Assembly (NCBI GenBank): GCA_050575255.1
Contig: JBNZDD010013718.1
Coordinates: 6,627,058-6,687,340, forward strand
Reading direction: 5' to 3'
DNA: 60,283 bases
From: Harriotta raleighana
Taxonomy: Eukaryota
The notes below the pieces were generated by a model. That model did not search any database. It saw only the letters and a list, made by a program, of their open reading frames with translations, and was not told the DNA's origin. Shown here one piece after another: positions 28,601 to 43,569 of this stretch. Every line of letters begins with the position of its first letter. Position 1 is the stretch's first letter. A program made the position numbers and the translations under genes.

Positions 28601-31600
28601 GATGTCTCTGTTAAGATAAAGATTATGTGTTACACGGTTCATTTAGAAAGGAACAAAATGAATATTTGATAAGAATCCCAAAGCTGTTGTGAAAACATAA
28701 ATTGCATTTACACTGAAACTGTAAAATTACATCTCGTCCTCAACATCACTAATTCTTGCAAAGTTACACCATAGTCCAAAATATTTTTGGAACAATCCCA
28801 ATGGAAACAAATGAGGGGATATTCAAGATTATTCAAGATAAGACAATATCATGAACAAAAAAAAACACATACAACATGTCTTCATAACAGATTGGTTTTA
28901 TGACACTCAAAGATAGTTTTTTTTATAAAACGTTTTAAATTGACAGACTGACAAAGACATGAGTGATGCAGTTCTTTGGAGAGAGTATGCCCAAACATTG
29001 TGTGTACAGAGTGTGATTGCACATATCCCACCAGCTGGTGGCATCTCTCCACTCTAGGTGAGAAAATGCTAAGTGAACATACCAAAATCTGTTCCCTTGA
29101 GCTTTGATAAAGTAATGAACTGTTCACATTCCAATAGGCACAAAGGCAATCCAGGCGAACAAGCTAACAAAGAAAAAATGCTGTTATACTTTCCTTAAGA
29201 AAGTGGCAAAATTCAGCAGTCTATCAAGAAGCTAGAATAGAGCACCCTTTCGTTACAACAAGCCATTCATCAATCAAAGTTACAGCTTAAATTGTAAACA
29301 CTCAATGAATGAGATCAAATGGCCTTAACTTCCAATGTATACAGAAATAAATATCATGCAATAATAGTTAACTAAAATGTTTGCAAAGATTATACACTTG
29401 ATTTTCAAGCGACACTTCATTTTCCCACAGAACCATAGGGAGACAAACCGAAAGAGAGAGAGAGAGAAAGGAGAGGAGAGATTTAGAAAGTGAGAGAAAG
29501 AGAGAACAAGAAAGACATAATGAGAGAAACACTCACAAGAAAGAGAAAAGGAGAGAAAAATACTCAGAGAAAGAGGCCTAGAGGGAGAAGACGAAATTGA
29601 GAGAATGTCAGAGAAAGAAGTGAGCCTAACAATGTATAATACTGAAATGTATAAGTCCTGATGCAATAATTTCTTGGTTAGCTAAACCATGACCAATTAT
29701 TCACATTATTTCCTCATCCATAACTGGGTCAGACTACCTTATTAGCACAGATAATCTCTGTCTACAGTATTATCCTGCGAGATGGAAAATCCAGTCATTT
29801 AAAAAATACTTCTTTAAGAGGAAATTTTGAAATCAATTTCTAATTTCATAATGCAACAAAAAATAACAGTAAAGCTGGCAGACAGATGACAAAGATCCAT
29901 GACTTGAATAGTTTGTACAACAAAATCACTCTTTACAAAATAACTAAATTTGTTTGCATGTGATTAATTTCATGTTACACCAGATTTTATAAAACGTAAT
30001 TAAACATAGTAAATACCTTGTTGATTATTTTTGCAGCATCATTCAGTATGCATGGTCTCCAATTTTCATCTGCAGTCTAGAAAAAGGTTATTTTTAATTA
30101 TTAATAATCTTTTCAGACCGATTTAAAATTTAAATAAAATTTTCAAGTAAAAAAGTGTCACTTTTCACTCCAAAATATATGGTAAATTCACTTAACATTA
30201 CATTCTGTTAAGCGCTTTGAGACGTTTCAAAGACACGATAAGGCACTTTTCAAATGCAAGTATTATTATCATCATTATAAGACGTATGGAGTCCTGTAGC
30301 TCAGTGGTTAGAGCACTCGCCTTATAAGCAAGAGACCTGGGTTTTATTCCAGACAGGGTAAAACCTTGGGCAAGTTTCCTTGCTCCAAACACCTGATAAT
30401 TAACCCTAAAAAAAAGGATTATTTTAATCCACGACTATTTGTGAAACACTGCTGTGCGTACTTGGCTGCCGCGTTTCTCCCACAAATATAGTCAATTCAT
30501 TCTACAATATATTCTATTAAAAGCTTTGAGACATCTAGAAGACGTGAAAAGTTCTATATCAAATGAAAGGATTATTATATAAAGAACAGTACTGTATTGT
30601 ACTGACCATGTATAAATTTATGCAGACAATACAAAAATTGTTGATCCAATTTTTTAAATTGTGTTTGAGTAAATCCACTGTTTGAATTATATGCTCATTA
30701 GGTGACTAAGAGGGAAAATAGATAGTAAAGGTAAACAGTTTCAATTCCCCCCAAATAATGAAGTCTATTTTAAACCACAGACTTCTCTGAACAAATAAAA
30801 ACTAGATCAGTTTATTACTTTTTACATTGTTTATTATAGAGACCGATGTATTGCAATGTTTGCAAACATATCCAAGAAAACTCTCCCTTCTCCTCAGCCC
30901 CTTCCCCCAACATCTTTATTCACTTCTCTACTAAGACAACAGAATCATGCCGTGGTACGTTTTCTCAGGCATTGCCCATCACTCAAATCTTGGGCAAGTT
31001 TCCTTACTCCACACACCTAATAATAATCCCTCCCAAAAAAATGCAATAATAAAATTAGTCATTTAAATTCACGACTGTTTGTGGGACACTGCTGTGCACA
31101 ATTGGCTGCCGAGTTTCACCCACAAATAGAGTCAATTTATTCTACATTATATTCTGTTAAATGCTTTTCTCCCACAGAAAAGCCAATTATGCTCTTGAGA
31201 CATCGATAAGATGTGAAAAGCACTATATCAAAATGCAAGGATTATTATTATTCAGTCCCCAAATTTGTACCTTTGTGTCTGAGACCAACAATTTGTTATC
31301 GGCAGGTAGGTTAAGGACATTACGGCCTTGCGTGATCCAGTCGTTTGCTCAACATCCATATTTTCACACTTATCAGAAGAGGCATTTCGATAGAATACGG
31401 TAAAGCAACACAGACTTATTTTTGTCATTCGCACTCCAGGGTCACTCAGGTCAATAAGTGTCCACATTGAGAGCCCACATAAAGTCAACAAACTCAGCGC
31501 CAATCAGGAATTGGACCTTCGACCTTCTGAGACTGCACAATTCCATTTACACGAGATTGCAGGTGCTCCATTTCAGCCATCAGATAATGCACATTTGAGT

Positions 31601-34600
31601 ATTTGGAATCAACGGAGAAAAAGGGTCCAGCTTATATTTCTTTTTAGCCTCAAAGGAAGTGGAAGGGACTTCAGGTCACAGAGTGTAGTCTTAATTTTAA
31701 CTGCAATAAATTGACAGCTTTACAAGTCACTAAAAGACACTGCAGGAACAGTTTATTCTTCTAAATATTTAAGACATGCAATTTGCAGCTGCTCACTTAA
31801 CTGCTCAATTGTGCACTAATTCCCGGTCTTCCTTGCTGCAATCCTTTCCTACCTGCCATCTGGACCATTCGGTTACTGATTAATAAAGAGGTTCCAACTA
31901 GGAACAAACAGATTACCTTGTTTAAATGTTTAAGATTACCTCGCGCACTCTAATTGGGAAGGTTTAATAACTTCTTCTGTTTCATGTACCACTGAACTCA
32001 AAGCAATATGCTCACCTGCTGATGTCAGCCATCTACTCCACATACAAGTACTATATTTTTTGGCAAACCTTATAACATTCTCAAAACATTTTAATAGTGC
32101 TATCAAGTCTTGAGAATACAATCTAAAACTTTTGGTTTGTACCCAAGATGGGGATTGGATTTGAGAGGGGTGAGGGCTGCAGGGACAGGTGGAGATGGGA
32201 AGATGACAGAGAAAGAGGAAAGTCTTGAGACAGGCCTTGAAGGAGACAAGGGAAGGGGCGAGGCCATAGGGACTCTTGGATTGAGTTCCAGAGGGTGGGA
32301 CCATATCATCCTATTTACACCATCCGATGATTCAATGGTAAAAATTGCCACAAAATACAAGGAAATACACTTAAAAGCCAGTTAATTCCACTATTTTATA
32401 GGCAAACGAAGCAGCCAATTTTGCAGTTGTTAACATCTACCTAAACAGGCGGATGGGACCAATGCTGTCAGAGTAGGCTCAATGGGATGAATGGCCTCTT
32501 TCTGATTTACTTGGTCCTGGAACATTTGGAAAGTTTAATAATTGCATTATCATCATCATCAATACATGTACAATAGCTTCAACTTGAAACAAATGTTTTT
32601 TTTAAGATTTAAAACTTGATTTTTGTTTCTTACCAGCAAACTAAGTTCGCCTAGTGTAGCACCCAACGAGATGGGTCTGGTGGGATCTGTAATCTGAAAG
32701 ATTAAAAAAAAATTCAGCCACAAATTTAAGCTACCTACTAGTACGGAATGAAATGAAACCTGTACTCATAATAAACCAATCCCATTGTGCATATTTTCCA
32801 CCTAAATTAGAATTGACATAAAAGTTTCAATTATAAAAAGAGCTTTCAGATCCACAGACATCAATTACTTACATCATCTTCATATCTCACATGAATGCTT
32901 GTTATTTTAATTTGCAGGTTTTTAATGACTTGAGTTGCAAGCTTTTCCACAAAGGTATCCTTTTTTTCTTCTTTGGGTTTATCTGAAAGGTTAATCAAAA
33001 AAACAAAAGGGAACATTTTCAACTTCAAGGTCTTGTGCCTACACATGGTGTGCTGCAGCTTTTAATATCCCATTTTATATCATATGCTAAATGCAAATAG
33101 CCTAAAGCAACCATCAAGCTTCAAATATAACAAAGTCACCACCTTTGGTGGTGTTATTGCTTTAACCGTACACATAGTGGATATCACGCGGCCTCCCTAA
33201 ATCTAGTTACAGTTTCAAGCAGGTATCTGTTTCTGGAGGTGCAACAGTGAACTCGATCATATCAACAAGAATGCTAAAATATGGCTTTTAAATAATAAAA
33301 TCACAAACCAGGCCACAAAATATTAATGGTAGAATAATAAGGTTCGAAACATTAAATCCTCAGATCATATGAACATGGATGCAATAACCTGTACACGGCA
33401 CTCATATATTTTCTTATAAAGTGAAAAATATGAGAAGGTTGGGCACTTTTGCCAGAGATCTGCTGAAAAACATGATAATGTCGGACAATATCTTCCAACA
33501 AATTCAATCAAATCCAGCAAAGAGTTATTGGATCAGGCAACCCATACACAAAGTTTCATTGGCCTTACTTGCTATTTGGACAAGTGCCATGATTATTTTA
33601 AATGTACATAAATAGAAATCTACAGATTTCACTCATTTTTTTAAAAAAAAAATAAAACTGAGAAACCTAGTTGAATCAACTTGGTTTGACTGCATCAGAA
33701 CAATTTAAGGTGAATTTCTCAATATGATGCTAATCCATTTATTAAAGGAGAGCATGAAATTGAAATAGCTGGAACATGCTCGGAGTGTAAAGTAACATTA
33801 GAAGCTATGGCAAAACAGACAAATAATCCATTCATCTTTGACATTAGTGCATGAAAAATCTGATCTTGTACGTAGGATGAAGTTTCTTGGGAGTCATCAT
33901 TGCCATGACAAATAATTTGTGACACCTTGGATAACATAAATGAATTGTTTTGGCAACCAACAATCATTCATAAGATCACATTCGACAATCATTCATTGGA
34001 AGCGGATTCGATAGAAGCTTTCAAAAGGGAATTGGATAGGTACTTGAAATGGAAAGATTTGTGGGGCTATGATGTAATAGCGAGAGTGGGAAGAGTTGGA
34101 TAGCTTTCAAAGAGCCCGCACAGACACAAGGAATCAAATGACCTCTTTCTGTGCTGTAAGATTCTACGATTATGAGATTGGATGAACAAGCACCTTCAGC
34201 ACATTCATTATTCCAGAAAATTCATACTTTGATTTTCCCCATCATAGAATCAAGCATTTTTTTTAAAAAAAGGACCTGACAACCTGCTTTAATCATTAAT
34301 AAAGAAAAACATCCTGTTGTTAGCCCTAAAATTGCCTTTTGCAACTCTAAAAGTGTCCACTTGATCTACCTTCTTGGTGGATTGTTCTGTGTTCGCTTTT
34401 TCAATTCAATTTATAATTTTATATAACGCTACAAGGTGTCCTCCGAGACATTGCCTTTATATTAATGCATATTTCAGGATTGGCTTTTTTTTAAAAAAGT
34501 CAATAGCACATTTCCAAAGAAAGCTCAGTATTTATCCAAATTATTTCTCACTTCAATGACGTTAAGTGATAAAGAGCTCCAAATGTTGATCCAGCACAGA

Positions 34601-37600
34601 ATTAAGCATCTAACTCTAATTTAACATCCATCATGCTTTACACAACATGGGATCACTTGATTATAGCCTCGTTTTTTTCCTGTAAAAAAATTCTAAAAGG
34701 AGTTGCACTCTACTTTGTGCTCTACTTCAGTGTCAGAAGAAATATAAAATTAACCAGTTTTACAACAAAGTCGATGCAATCATTAACAAAGTAGTCAAAG
34801 TAAGTATTCTAATGTCTCCCAGGAATGGGTGATACAACGTATTTGGAACAGTATCACATGTAAATCAAAGAGAAAGAATGCTTATATTGCAGCTACATAA
34901 TAAATGAAGCATAATTTTAATACATACCTTTCAAACGTGCTTGTGCTTTTGATTTCTTAAAATGTTTTTTAGACTTTTTATGCTTATGTCCTTAGCAATG
35001 CAAGCAAGCAAAAGCGAGAAAAGGATAAAAGATATTAGTAAGAGTTAGAAAATGCAGCATTAGAAAGAAATGGTCTGCTAACCAGCACAAAACATATATG
35101 TATATTCAAACAAAGTAATTGCTTACATTTTGCTTACAAAGTAATTTTGTAAGATTAATAAATATTGAGTGTTGTGGTAGTACATCAATACTAAAATATT
35201 GTAGCAGTTTGTTTAAAATTACTGAGACCCAAAGTTGATACAATGACCACAAAAGTACTGGAGTATTATTCTTTCATGTAAGAGAATTAGATGAATTAAA
35301 TCCCTTTAACTCATCAGATCTAATCCTTTCAGAATACCAACCTTCAAGTGCCTTCTAGGAAGACAAATTTCAGCATCCCAGCCTCAACTACTCTCCCTGA
35401 TATCCCATCCCAGCTATTGAATATCATTTTGTGCAAACAAATATTTCCTGACATCTGAATTATCAAAGACTCCAGGTCAATTTAACTACTTTTTAATCAG
35501 TATTGAAACCATTGCACAACTGTGATGCTGATCTTGCTTTCGGACCCAAACTGCAGGACTTTGAAATGAGTCATCTGTTCACTTTTCTTCATAAATGTAC
35601 TCAGTCAATGGATTTTTGATACATTCCATTCTCTTCCATACTCACATTTCTTAAAGAAGCCAAAACCAAGGTTTATTATTTTTTAAAAGGAACAAAGAAA
35701 GCCATTTTATCTAAGAAACATTATTCTAAATCAGATGTCACCTTGGCTCATTGAACATTACATTCTCGCCTCATAAAGCTGCAGGTTCAAACCCCGGGTT
35801 GAGACATGGAAATCTGAGCTAATGTTTCAAATACAGTTTACATTGTTGGCATCAGTGAAGTAAGCAGAGTCTCCTTGGGACTGAGCTGGCTATGCTAAGA
35901 GGTTGCCAACAGAATGCTGGACATTAGTCTGGTTCCTGAGCCAGGCAAGGCCATGGAATTCCAAGACCTGCTGATGATAGACCACCAGCCTGATTCATCA
36001 ACTAGACTCAGGAGTGGCAGAATTTGGGAGGGATAGGCCAGTGACCAGGGATTCTTTCTACTCATGTCCTATTAACTCTGGAAGCTAGAAACCTAAAAGG
36101 GACTGTTTCCCCTGGTAGGAGAATCTATAACCAGGGGTCACAGTCTTAAAATTAAGATTCAGCCTTTTAGAACAGAGTTGAGGAAACATTTCTTCACTCA
36201 AAGGGTAGTGGATTTATGGAATTCACTACCCCAGAAGGCTGTAGATGCTCAGTCCTTGAGCATTTTCAAAGCTGAGAATGATAGATTTTTTTAAAATAGA
36301 GGGATTTGGGGAAATGGGGATAGGGCAGGTAATTAGAGTTAGGTCAGAAAATCAGCCATGATCTTATTGAATGGCGGGGCAGGTGTGAAGGCCGAATGGC
36401 CCACTCCTGCTCCTAATTCTTATGTTCTAGCTTGCCATTGAGTGCTCTCAAAGGCAAGCCAAGTCATTTTGAGTGTGCAACACACACTCTAAACTGTGCT
36501 CCGCACATATTCTCCCATACGGCTTTCTGATCTTAGTACAAATGTCATCCACACACCCAATCAGATGGTTCTGAACTTAGGTCAAGGAAGGTTTACCTCA
36601 TTCTCTGCAGACTCTGGTTGATTAGACAATTTTATTCTGTTAAATAGAAGAGGGCTTTAAAAGCATCAACTTGCAGTCATGTTATGGTTAGAAATCTGAC
36701 TGTTTCACCTTTCCTGTTGCCAGTGCCTATCCTGAATACGTAATTTAAAATACTCAGTACGCACAGACTATTTATTTTCTGGTATATAACCTGGTTAGAC
36801 GTCACTAGAATCTTCTGTTTAACAAGAATTCAAGTTGTGCAACAGAGTTCACTCATTATTGCCACCTGGCATGAATGTTCAACATCAGCAATAATCTCAC
36901 ATTACAGGATCTAAGTAACATAATAAAATACTGGAGGCTATACAAAAAATAGCCTCAATGAAAGCAAATACAGGATGACCGAAAAGTCATGATATCTACC
37001 CTATTAACTAAAAACAAAGTTTGATACAGGCAGTCCTCTAGTTACGACGTTCCGAGGTACGACAATTCGAAGTTACGACGCTTAATATCAGTAAAATTAC
37101 GTCCGAGTTACATCCAAAGTCTCGAAGTTACGACACTACTATGTAAATATTTTAGTTGCCCCACGCACGATAGAAAACTGGAGTCGCCGCTCTCAACACT
37201 TACTGGACCACGATACGTGTTCGGGACAGGAACAGGATGGAGGCGAGACGCGAGTGTGTACTTTACAGGCACTGTGTGAGTCTGTGAGCTCAGTGGTACA
37301 GTACTCTCCAGCCTTTAGATGGTGCGCTACATCGCTTGTGATCTCCTGTGTTGCGCTACGTCGCGTGCCAGACTCACATTGAAGCCATGTAAGTACAGTA
37401 ATATTTTATTTTATTTACAGTACTGTACATATTAGGAGGGGTGCAGGGGAGAGAGGGCAGCTCACTATACACTACAACCAATCACTGTATGTTACTGTAA
37501 GCATTATAGGGGGGTGACTCGACTTACATACAAATTCGACTTACACCACATCTTATGAACCTAACCCTGACGTAACTTGAGGACTGCCTGTACTGTAATG

Positions 37601-40600
37601 ACATCATGACGTATAGATCATCCAGCACAAAATCCAATGTCACAAAAGAACAAAATTTCAATTCAATTTAGAAAGATTATTTTGTTTTAGAAAGCAGCGC
37701 ACTCTTCTATAGTGTATCTAATTGCACAAAGTATCTGACATGCATATTGGTTGNCTGTAATGACATCATGACGTATAGATCATCCAGCACAAAATCCAAT
37801 GTCACAAAAGAACAACATTTCAATTCAATTTAGAAAGATTATTTTGTTTTAGAAAGCAGCGCACTCTTCTATAGTGTATCTAATTGCACAAAGTATCTGA
37901 CATGCATATTGGTTGCTAGGTGACTTGGTGGAAAATTCTACAGCACAAAAACGTAAAAGAGTTTGCAAAATAATTTCAATGTAAATCAACCCCCCCACAG
38001 ACCCCCTCCCCCACCCCAGCAAATGCAGTTAAAAGGCAGCATAAACACATCTAATAGTATGGGGAATATGGGAGAAATGTTTTGGAGAGCAAAGCTAATC
38101 CTTACTTTACAAAACAACATTCAAGAAAGCTCCAAAAAAATCTTACAATTATTGCACAGGAAAATAATAATTAATAATAATAGTCCTTGCATTTGATATA
38201 GCGCTTTTCACATCTTCTAGACATCTCAAAGTGCTTCACAGAATATACTGGAAAGTAATTGACTGTATATTCGCAGGCAAAAATATTTTTGCACCTATTA
38301 AAACGTCAACATATTTCAAATCATTATTATGATGTATCCTGCCCTTGAATGGACAAGAGAAGCTCTCTTCAGTCACAGAAAGCTATTTCAGCTTTTCATT
38401 TCTTTATTTTAAAAAAACACATTTGTACATATAATAAAAAAGGTAAGTTAACAGCTTCTCCAAGTTTTAATATGAGAGGAAAAATACTTTAATTCGAATT
38501 CTACCTACCAGGCTTGATGTCTTTATGAACATAGCTTTCCAGGGCAAACAAAAATTCTCCTGAAGGGCTACCTTCATCCCAGCACGCAGCATTAACAGAT
38601 ATAAGTAACATTATGCACAACACAGTACTCAAAGCTCTATTTAAACTAGGTCTTCAAAGTTTTGTCCAGTAGACTATTTTTCTGCATATTTGAGAAAAAA
38701 CTGGACATTTTAACTAATTTTGAAGTACTGTGTATGATTTTTAAAAGTGGTAGCTCAGTGGTAACTGAGTGCAGTAAAGCCATACAATACAGAACTCCCA
38801 ATGTCATTCGTTTTTCCATACCTAGTTGATTTTAACTAGGAATGTAATTGTAACAATTGGTCCCCTTCAGCTAAAAAGCAGTATACAACAGCTGATATCA
38901 CACTACTGGTCTCCACCAAATGATCATACCTGAACTTAAGATACATGAATATGAGTGAATTATGAGAGTTACATATTAGTCCTATAGTCAAACAGCTCCT
39001 AACCATTCATTATCCAACCATTCATTATTCACACATGAAGAACCATCACTTCAATGAAATACAGGTAGTATTCACACATTGATTGAGGGATGTAAGAGAC
39101 AATTCATGTTGTCTTACTTTCAGTTCCGCTAGATAGATTTTACGGTCCTATATATTTATGTGTCCGCATACAAGTAAAAATAACTTCTTCCGACTTCGTC
39201 AAAAGCTCTTCAAATGCAAATTTGAATTCACCAGCTTTATTGATCATTTACAGGCATAAATCATTAATATTTCACCCAAACCTCTTCTTTCTTTATATTT
39301 ATTCAATCCACTGAATATATATTTAGTTCATTGGTTAAATTTGTTTGTTTCTTACATTTATCCATAATAAAATCCATCTAATTACTTTTCACACTTTTAC
39401 TTAATTGGCCCACCATATTTCACAATATTAAGTATATTCTCCTCCAAGTAATTTCTAATCAGTATGATCAGAAGGAAATCCAAAATGGACCTTTGTGAAA
39501 CTCTTTTAAGTCTCTAACTCCCAAATGAAGAATTGGTAGTGTATTTTATTCTATTTAGCACCTTCCGTTTCTTATTACTAAACCATTTTTTATTCCAACA
39601 ATTAATTTGATTAATTTTGACCTTTTTTAAAAACAAAAGCTCATAAGACCTTTTATCGAATGCCTTCTAAAATTTGAAAGAAATTATACTCCCCCCACCT
39701 TCTGGCTTAATTACTTCCTCAAATCATTCTTGTTCATATGCAAGACCAACTCCTTCTAAATCCACATTGATTACTGTTTATTTCCTATGCTCTTTAGTTT
39801 TAAAAGCCTTACATTTGGAAACTGGCAAAGAATAGACAATTCTACAAACTCGAGTTAAAATGAAGTTACTCAGATTGGATCTAAATGAGACATTTGGGAC
39901 AGTAACTTCACAAAACGAAAGCATCAAAGGCAAAGGACCATCTCCAAGGCACCTTATCAAGTAAAGGGTCATCTTAATAGGCGATCAGAAAATAAAATAA
40001 ATTTTATATGGGGTAGAGAATTACCTAATAGCAAATTACTTTATGAATGAATACTGTTTAAATCTTTCAAAGATTGCAAAATAAGTTCCTATACTTGATT
40101 AATTCCAAAATATAGAACATACTCCTGCAGCTATTACATTCCAGTTTTTTTTAACTATCTTAAAAAAAACTTCTAATTCAGTCTTGTGAAATAAGATATG
40201 TAAAAGAAATTATAGCCAGTGGTTGACACAGTTTGTTGGCTATGTGACAATACTTTCATTCAAAATGAAACTGGACAGGATGCATATCATCATAAATGAA
40301 TAAAGGATATAAAATACACTAGACAATCAGAATAGAATGTGAATTTGATATTAAAACAATGAATCCTTTAAAATAAGAAATTTGCAAAAACATACCCAAA
40401 TACACCACTGACCCTGGGATATTTACGGCTCAGTGTGACTGCTGAACTAAATCAGTCACTGCTGACAAAAAGCACTACTTTTTCCAGTAAAACCAAAAAT
40501 CAAATCATCATAGAAGTCAATAAATGTCTTTGTAACATACTTCTAGCTGTTGATCACTTGTTCAATCATGTTGATAATGTGTTACTCTAGAACCATATCA

Positions 40601-43536
40601 GAGGACTACTGATGTTGTTGAATTGTTAATGAAAATATTTTTCTCAGAACACACTACAGCAATAAGCTTTGCTGTTGTGCAAATCATAAAAATATTCAGC
40701 ACACTACACAGGAGGGAACACAACCCTTCAATCAAGTACCTTTCTCTGCTGCTTTTTGCAAGGCATCTTCAATTCTTATCAACTCTTTCTGCTTATTTTC
40801 CTGCAACTGTTTCTCTTCCTTTTCTGCATCATACTGGATACCTTTAAAGAAAAATCAAAATGAATTATTTCATGAAAACTACTCATTCATAATCTTCATA
40901 GGAATTCAAACAGTTACCCCCAAAACAGATAAGGCTTTGCGAAATTGCTTGAATGCAATAAAATATTCCATAACATTTAGCCACCTCCAAACCCATCTAC
41001 CTGGCAGCACACAAACCACCTGTTTGCATCAATCATTATCTCCTGAAATCCTGATAAGACGACAATCCTAATTTTAAATGAATATTTTGACATTTTATCT
41101 CATTAACCCCAACTACTGAAGATAGCTTTTGCGTTATGGATTTGCATTTATAACCGCTTTGACTTGAAAGGCAAATTTTATAAATGTAAATTTGATTGTA
41201 TTATTTTTTCTAGGATGATAACATTCTTAAAAGGCTAAAAGGCCAGGCAAAACCGATGCAGTGGTGCTCAATAACAACAACAACTTGGATTTATATAACG
41301 CCCTCCACGCCAGATGGTGTCACAGAGTGCTTTAAAAAGAATTTTTTTTTAATGCTTGTTCCAAACAACTCATTTGGCAAGGTCACAAGCTTTCTATTCA
41401 TTCTTTTTTTCAAAACTATTGGCCAGCCATCTGGAATATGATAAGATTTTTTTGAAAAAAAATAGAGCCTTCCATTGTTGATTGTTAGATCTGGCAGAAA
41501 CATGTTGAGCACCAAGATTCAACCATTTAATAATCCAGAATCAGCCGTAAAAAAAATTTGGCCCAAGTACGCCTCATGCTCTTTTCCCTCTCTGTTCCAA
41601 CCTCAAAAGCAATCGATTCCTCCTTCCCTCCCACATGCACAGGCTTAACAGTGTCTTTAGTTCACTTTAGCCCTACACAATGCATTTGATGCAGTGACAA
41701 AAAACAAATTACTACTTTGAAGTAACATGTAAGGGTACAATCTACTGTTTGCCAATCTCAGACAAGCCATTGTTAGCTGTGTAGGCAGATACTTTAGAAG
41801 GTGAAGGAAAGGGAATGAGAGAAATAATTTATCCCTGGCTTCCAGCTATGCACCACTTGGGAGCCAATTTTATGGATTGAGAATCCTTGGAACAGATCAC
41901 AAGGTAATTCAGAATATAAGACCCTTCAGCCACTTGATCTCGTCTTTCCAAAATATCAAACCTACCACCATCTTCCAGTTACAATATCAAGCCTTTTCTT
42001 AAATTAATTAATCACTGTGTCTTCTCCGCCATGAATAATGTGTAGCGAAAATGAATTGGAAAAGGGCAAAAGGGGAATTAAATTAAAGTTTCAGCCTCAA
42101 GAATAAAAAAATTATCATCCTTGAACTATGGTACTAAATGATTCATACTCAAATAAAACAGTGGTCTAAAATTTGAAGGAACATACAGTAACTACTTCGC
42201 AAACCTTCCTCACCCCCTCGCTGAATTATACCAATGAGAAATATCAGGCTATTTCCACTGTCCATAAACAGCATGCTGCAATTTTGAAATCAATTTTGTA
42301 CAAAATGTTATTACTTTAAGTACTAAAATGACAGATAACTCCCATTTGGAAATCTTAAACTGAAAATGAGCATGGCTTTGTTCCTATCAATTTTATAATA
42401 TAATTGCATTCAAGCAAAGTGCTTCCAAAGTATTGAGAAGATTGATTACATTTAATGAGATATTAAGTCTTAGATTTTACGTCTACCAATTCACATCTAG
42501 GTTTAAAATCTATGTTATTAGCCATTCAGGTAATAGAGTACAGTGCAAGTGTATTTACTTGAATAACTCCCTTTTCTTCTGGTAAAGAACCTAATTTTTC
42601 TTGTGTTCCAACCACACTTATTCAGACAAGGTCAGAAGAAAAACTAACTCAATTCAATTATCCCAATAGTTTTCTCCATTCAAACCACAAAGATAATTAA
42701 AAGAGAAAGGATGAAGAGGGTAACCCCAAATGAATTATTCTCAGTCAAATATCATGGCAGATAAAGACTTGCATTAATAAGGATTTCTAAGAAAATTCAT
42801 TCTCCCAAACCATCATCAAGATAGGGGTAAGAGCGCAGATTTAATTTTAAAAGGCTACTTGTAAAATGCAGGTGAGTAATATTCATATGTTGTATTTTCT
42901 TCACCAAGTGTGCTGAACCTGGCAGTGTAAACCGCATCCCAAATAATGTCATTATGAACCTAACAAAAAAAAACAGCCGAAGTCTGCTCACAATAGCAGT
43001 GTTCTATTCAGGTAAGCAAACAGATACCAAATTGAAGAATTATCAGACAACACCTTGTGAATAGCGTTATTCACTGCTCTGAGTGAGGCAGGGTTTGCAG
43101 TGACACATTCAGCAGAATGAAGTATAAAATGTATTTGGTCAGGATGAGTCCAATTCAAACCAAGGTCATGCTCAGAGCAGAAGCGACGCATTTCATGACA
43201 GAAGTGTACATCTATTATATTAATATATATTACAGTATACCAAAAGTACGATTTCAAATATATATTTGCAGATTGCATTCTTACCTCACAGAGCTTTCAC
43301 AGTAAATCATAAGGACACAAATTAAAATGGTCAACATACATTATCAACAAATAACAGGCAGTCCTTCCAAGGCTACAATTTAATCTTGTTTATTGGATGA
43401 CGTTTACAAACTGCTCTTAGTTCCGTCAATTTAACATGTTATCTGAACCGCAAACTTTTGATCACAGTCTTACAATTACTTTACACTTTTTATTTGTGAA
43501 ATAATGCAAGATTAAAAAAATGAACCTGGTTTTCAT

Positions 43537-43569
<33 letters not shown>

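Noticed and set aside
30288-30360. tRNA-like sequences (also ~26830-26897, 48670-48742, 58480-58542)
   Set aside because: SINE heads: they continue into the SINE body and lack a proper acceptor stem
36597-36636. Possible 40-nt extra exon between exons 6 and 7 (aacag| ... |gtaaac)
   Set aside because: Immediate in-frame stop, not a multiple of 3, no homology; a poison exon cannot be supported without RNA data
37593-37915. Apparent recent 161-bp tandem duplication
   Set aside because: Copies are joined by a single N and differ at one base, typical of an unmerged contig or haplotype overlap
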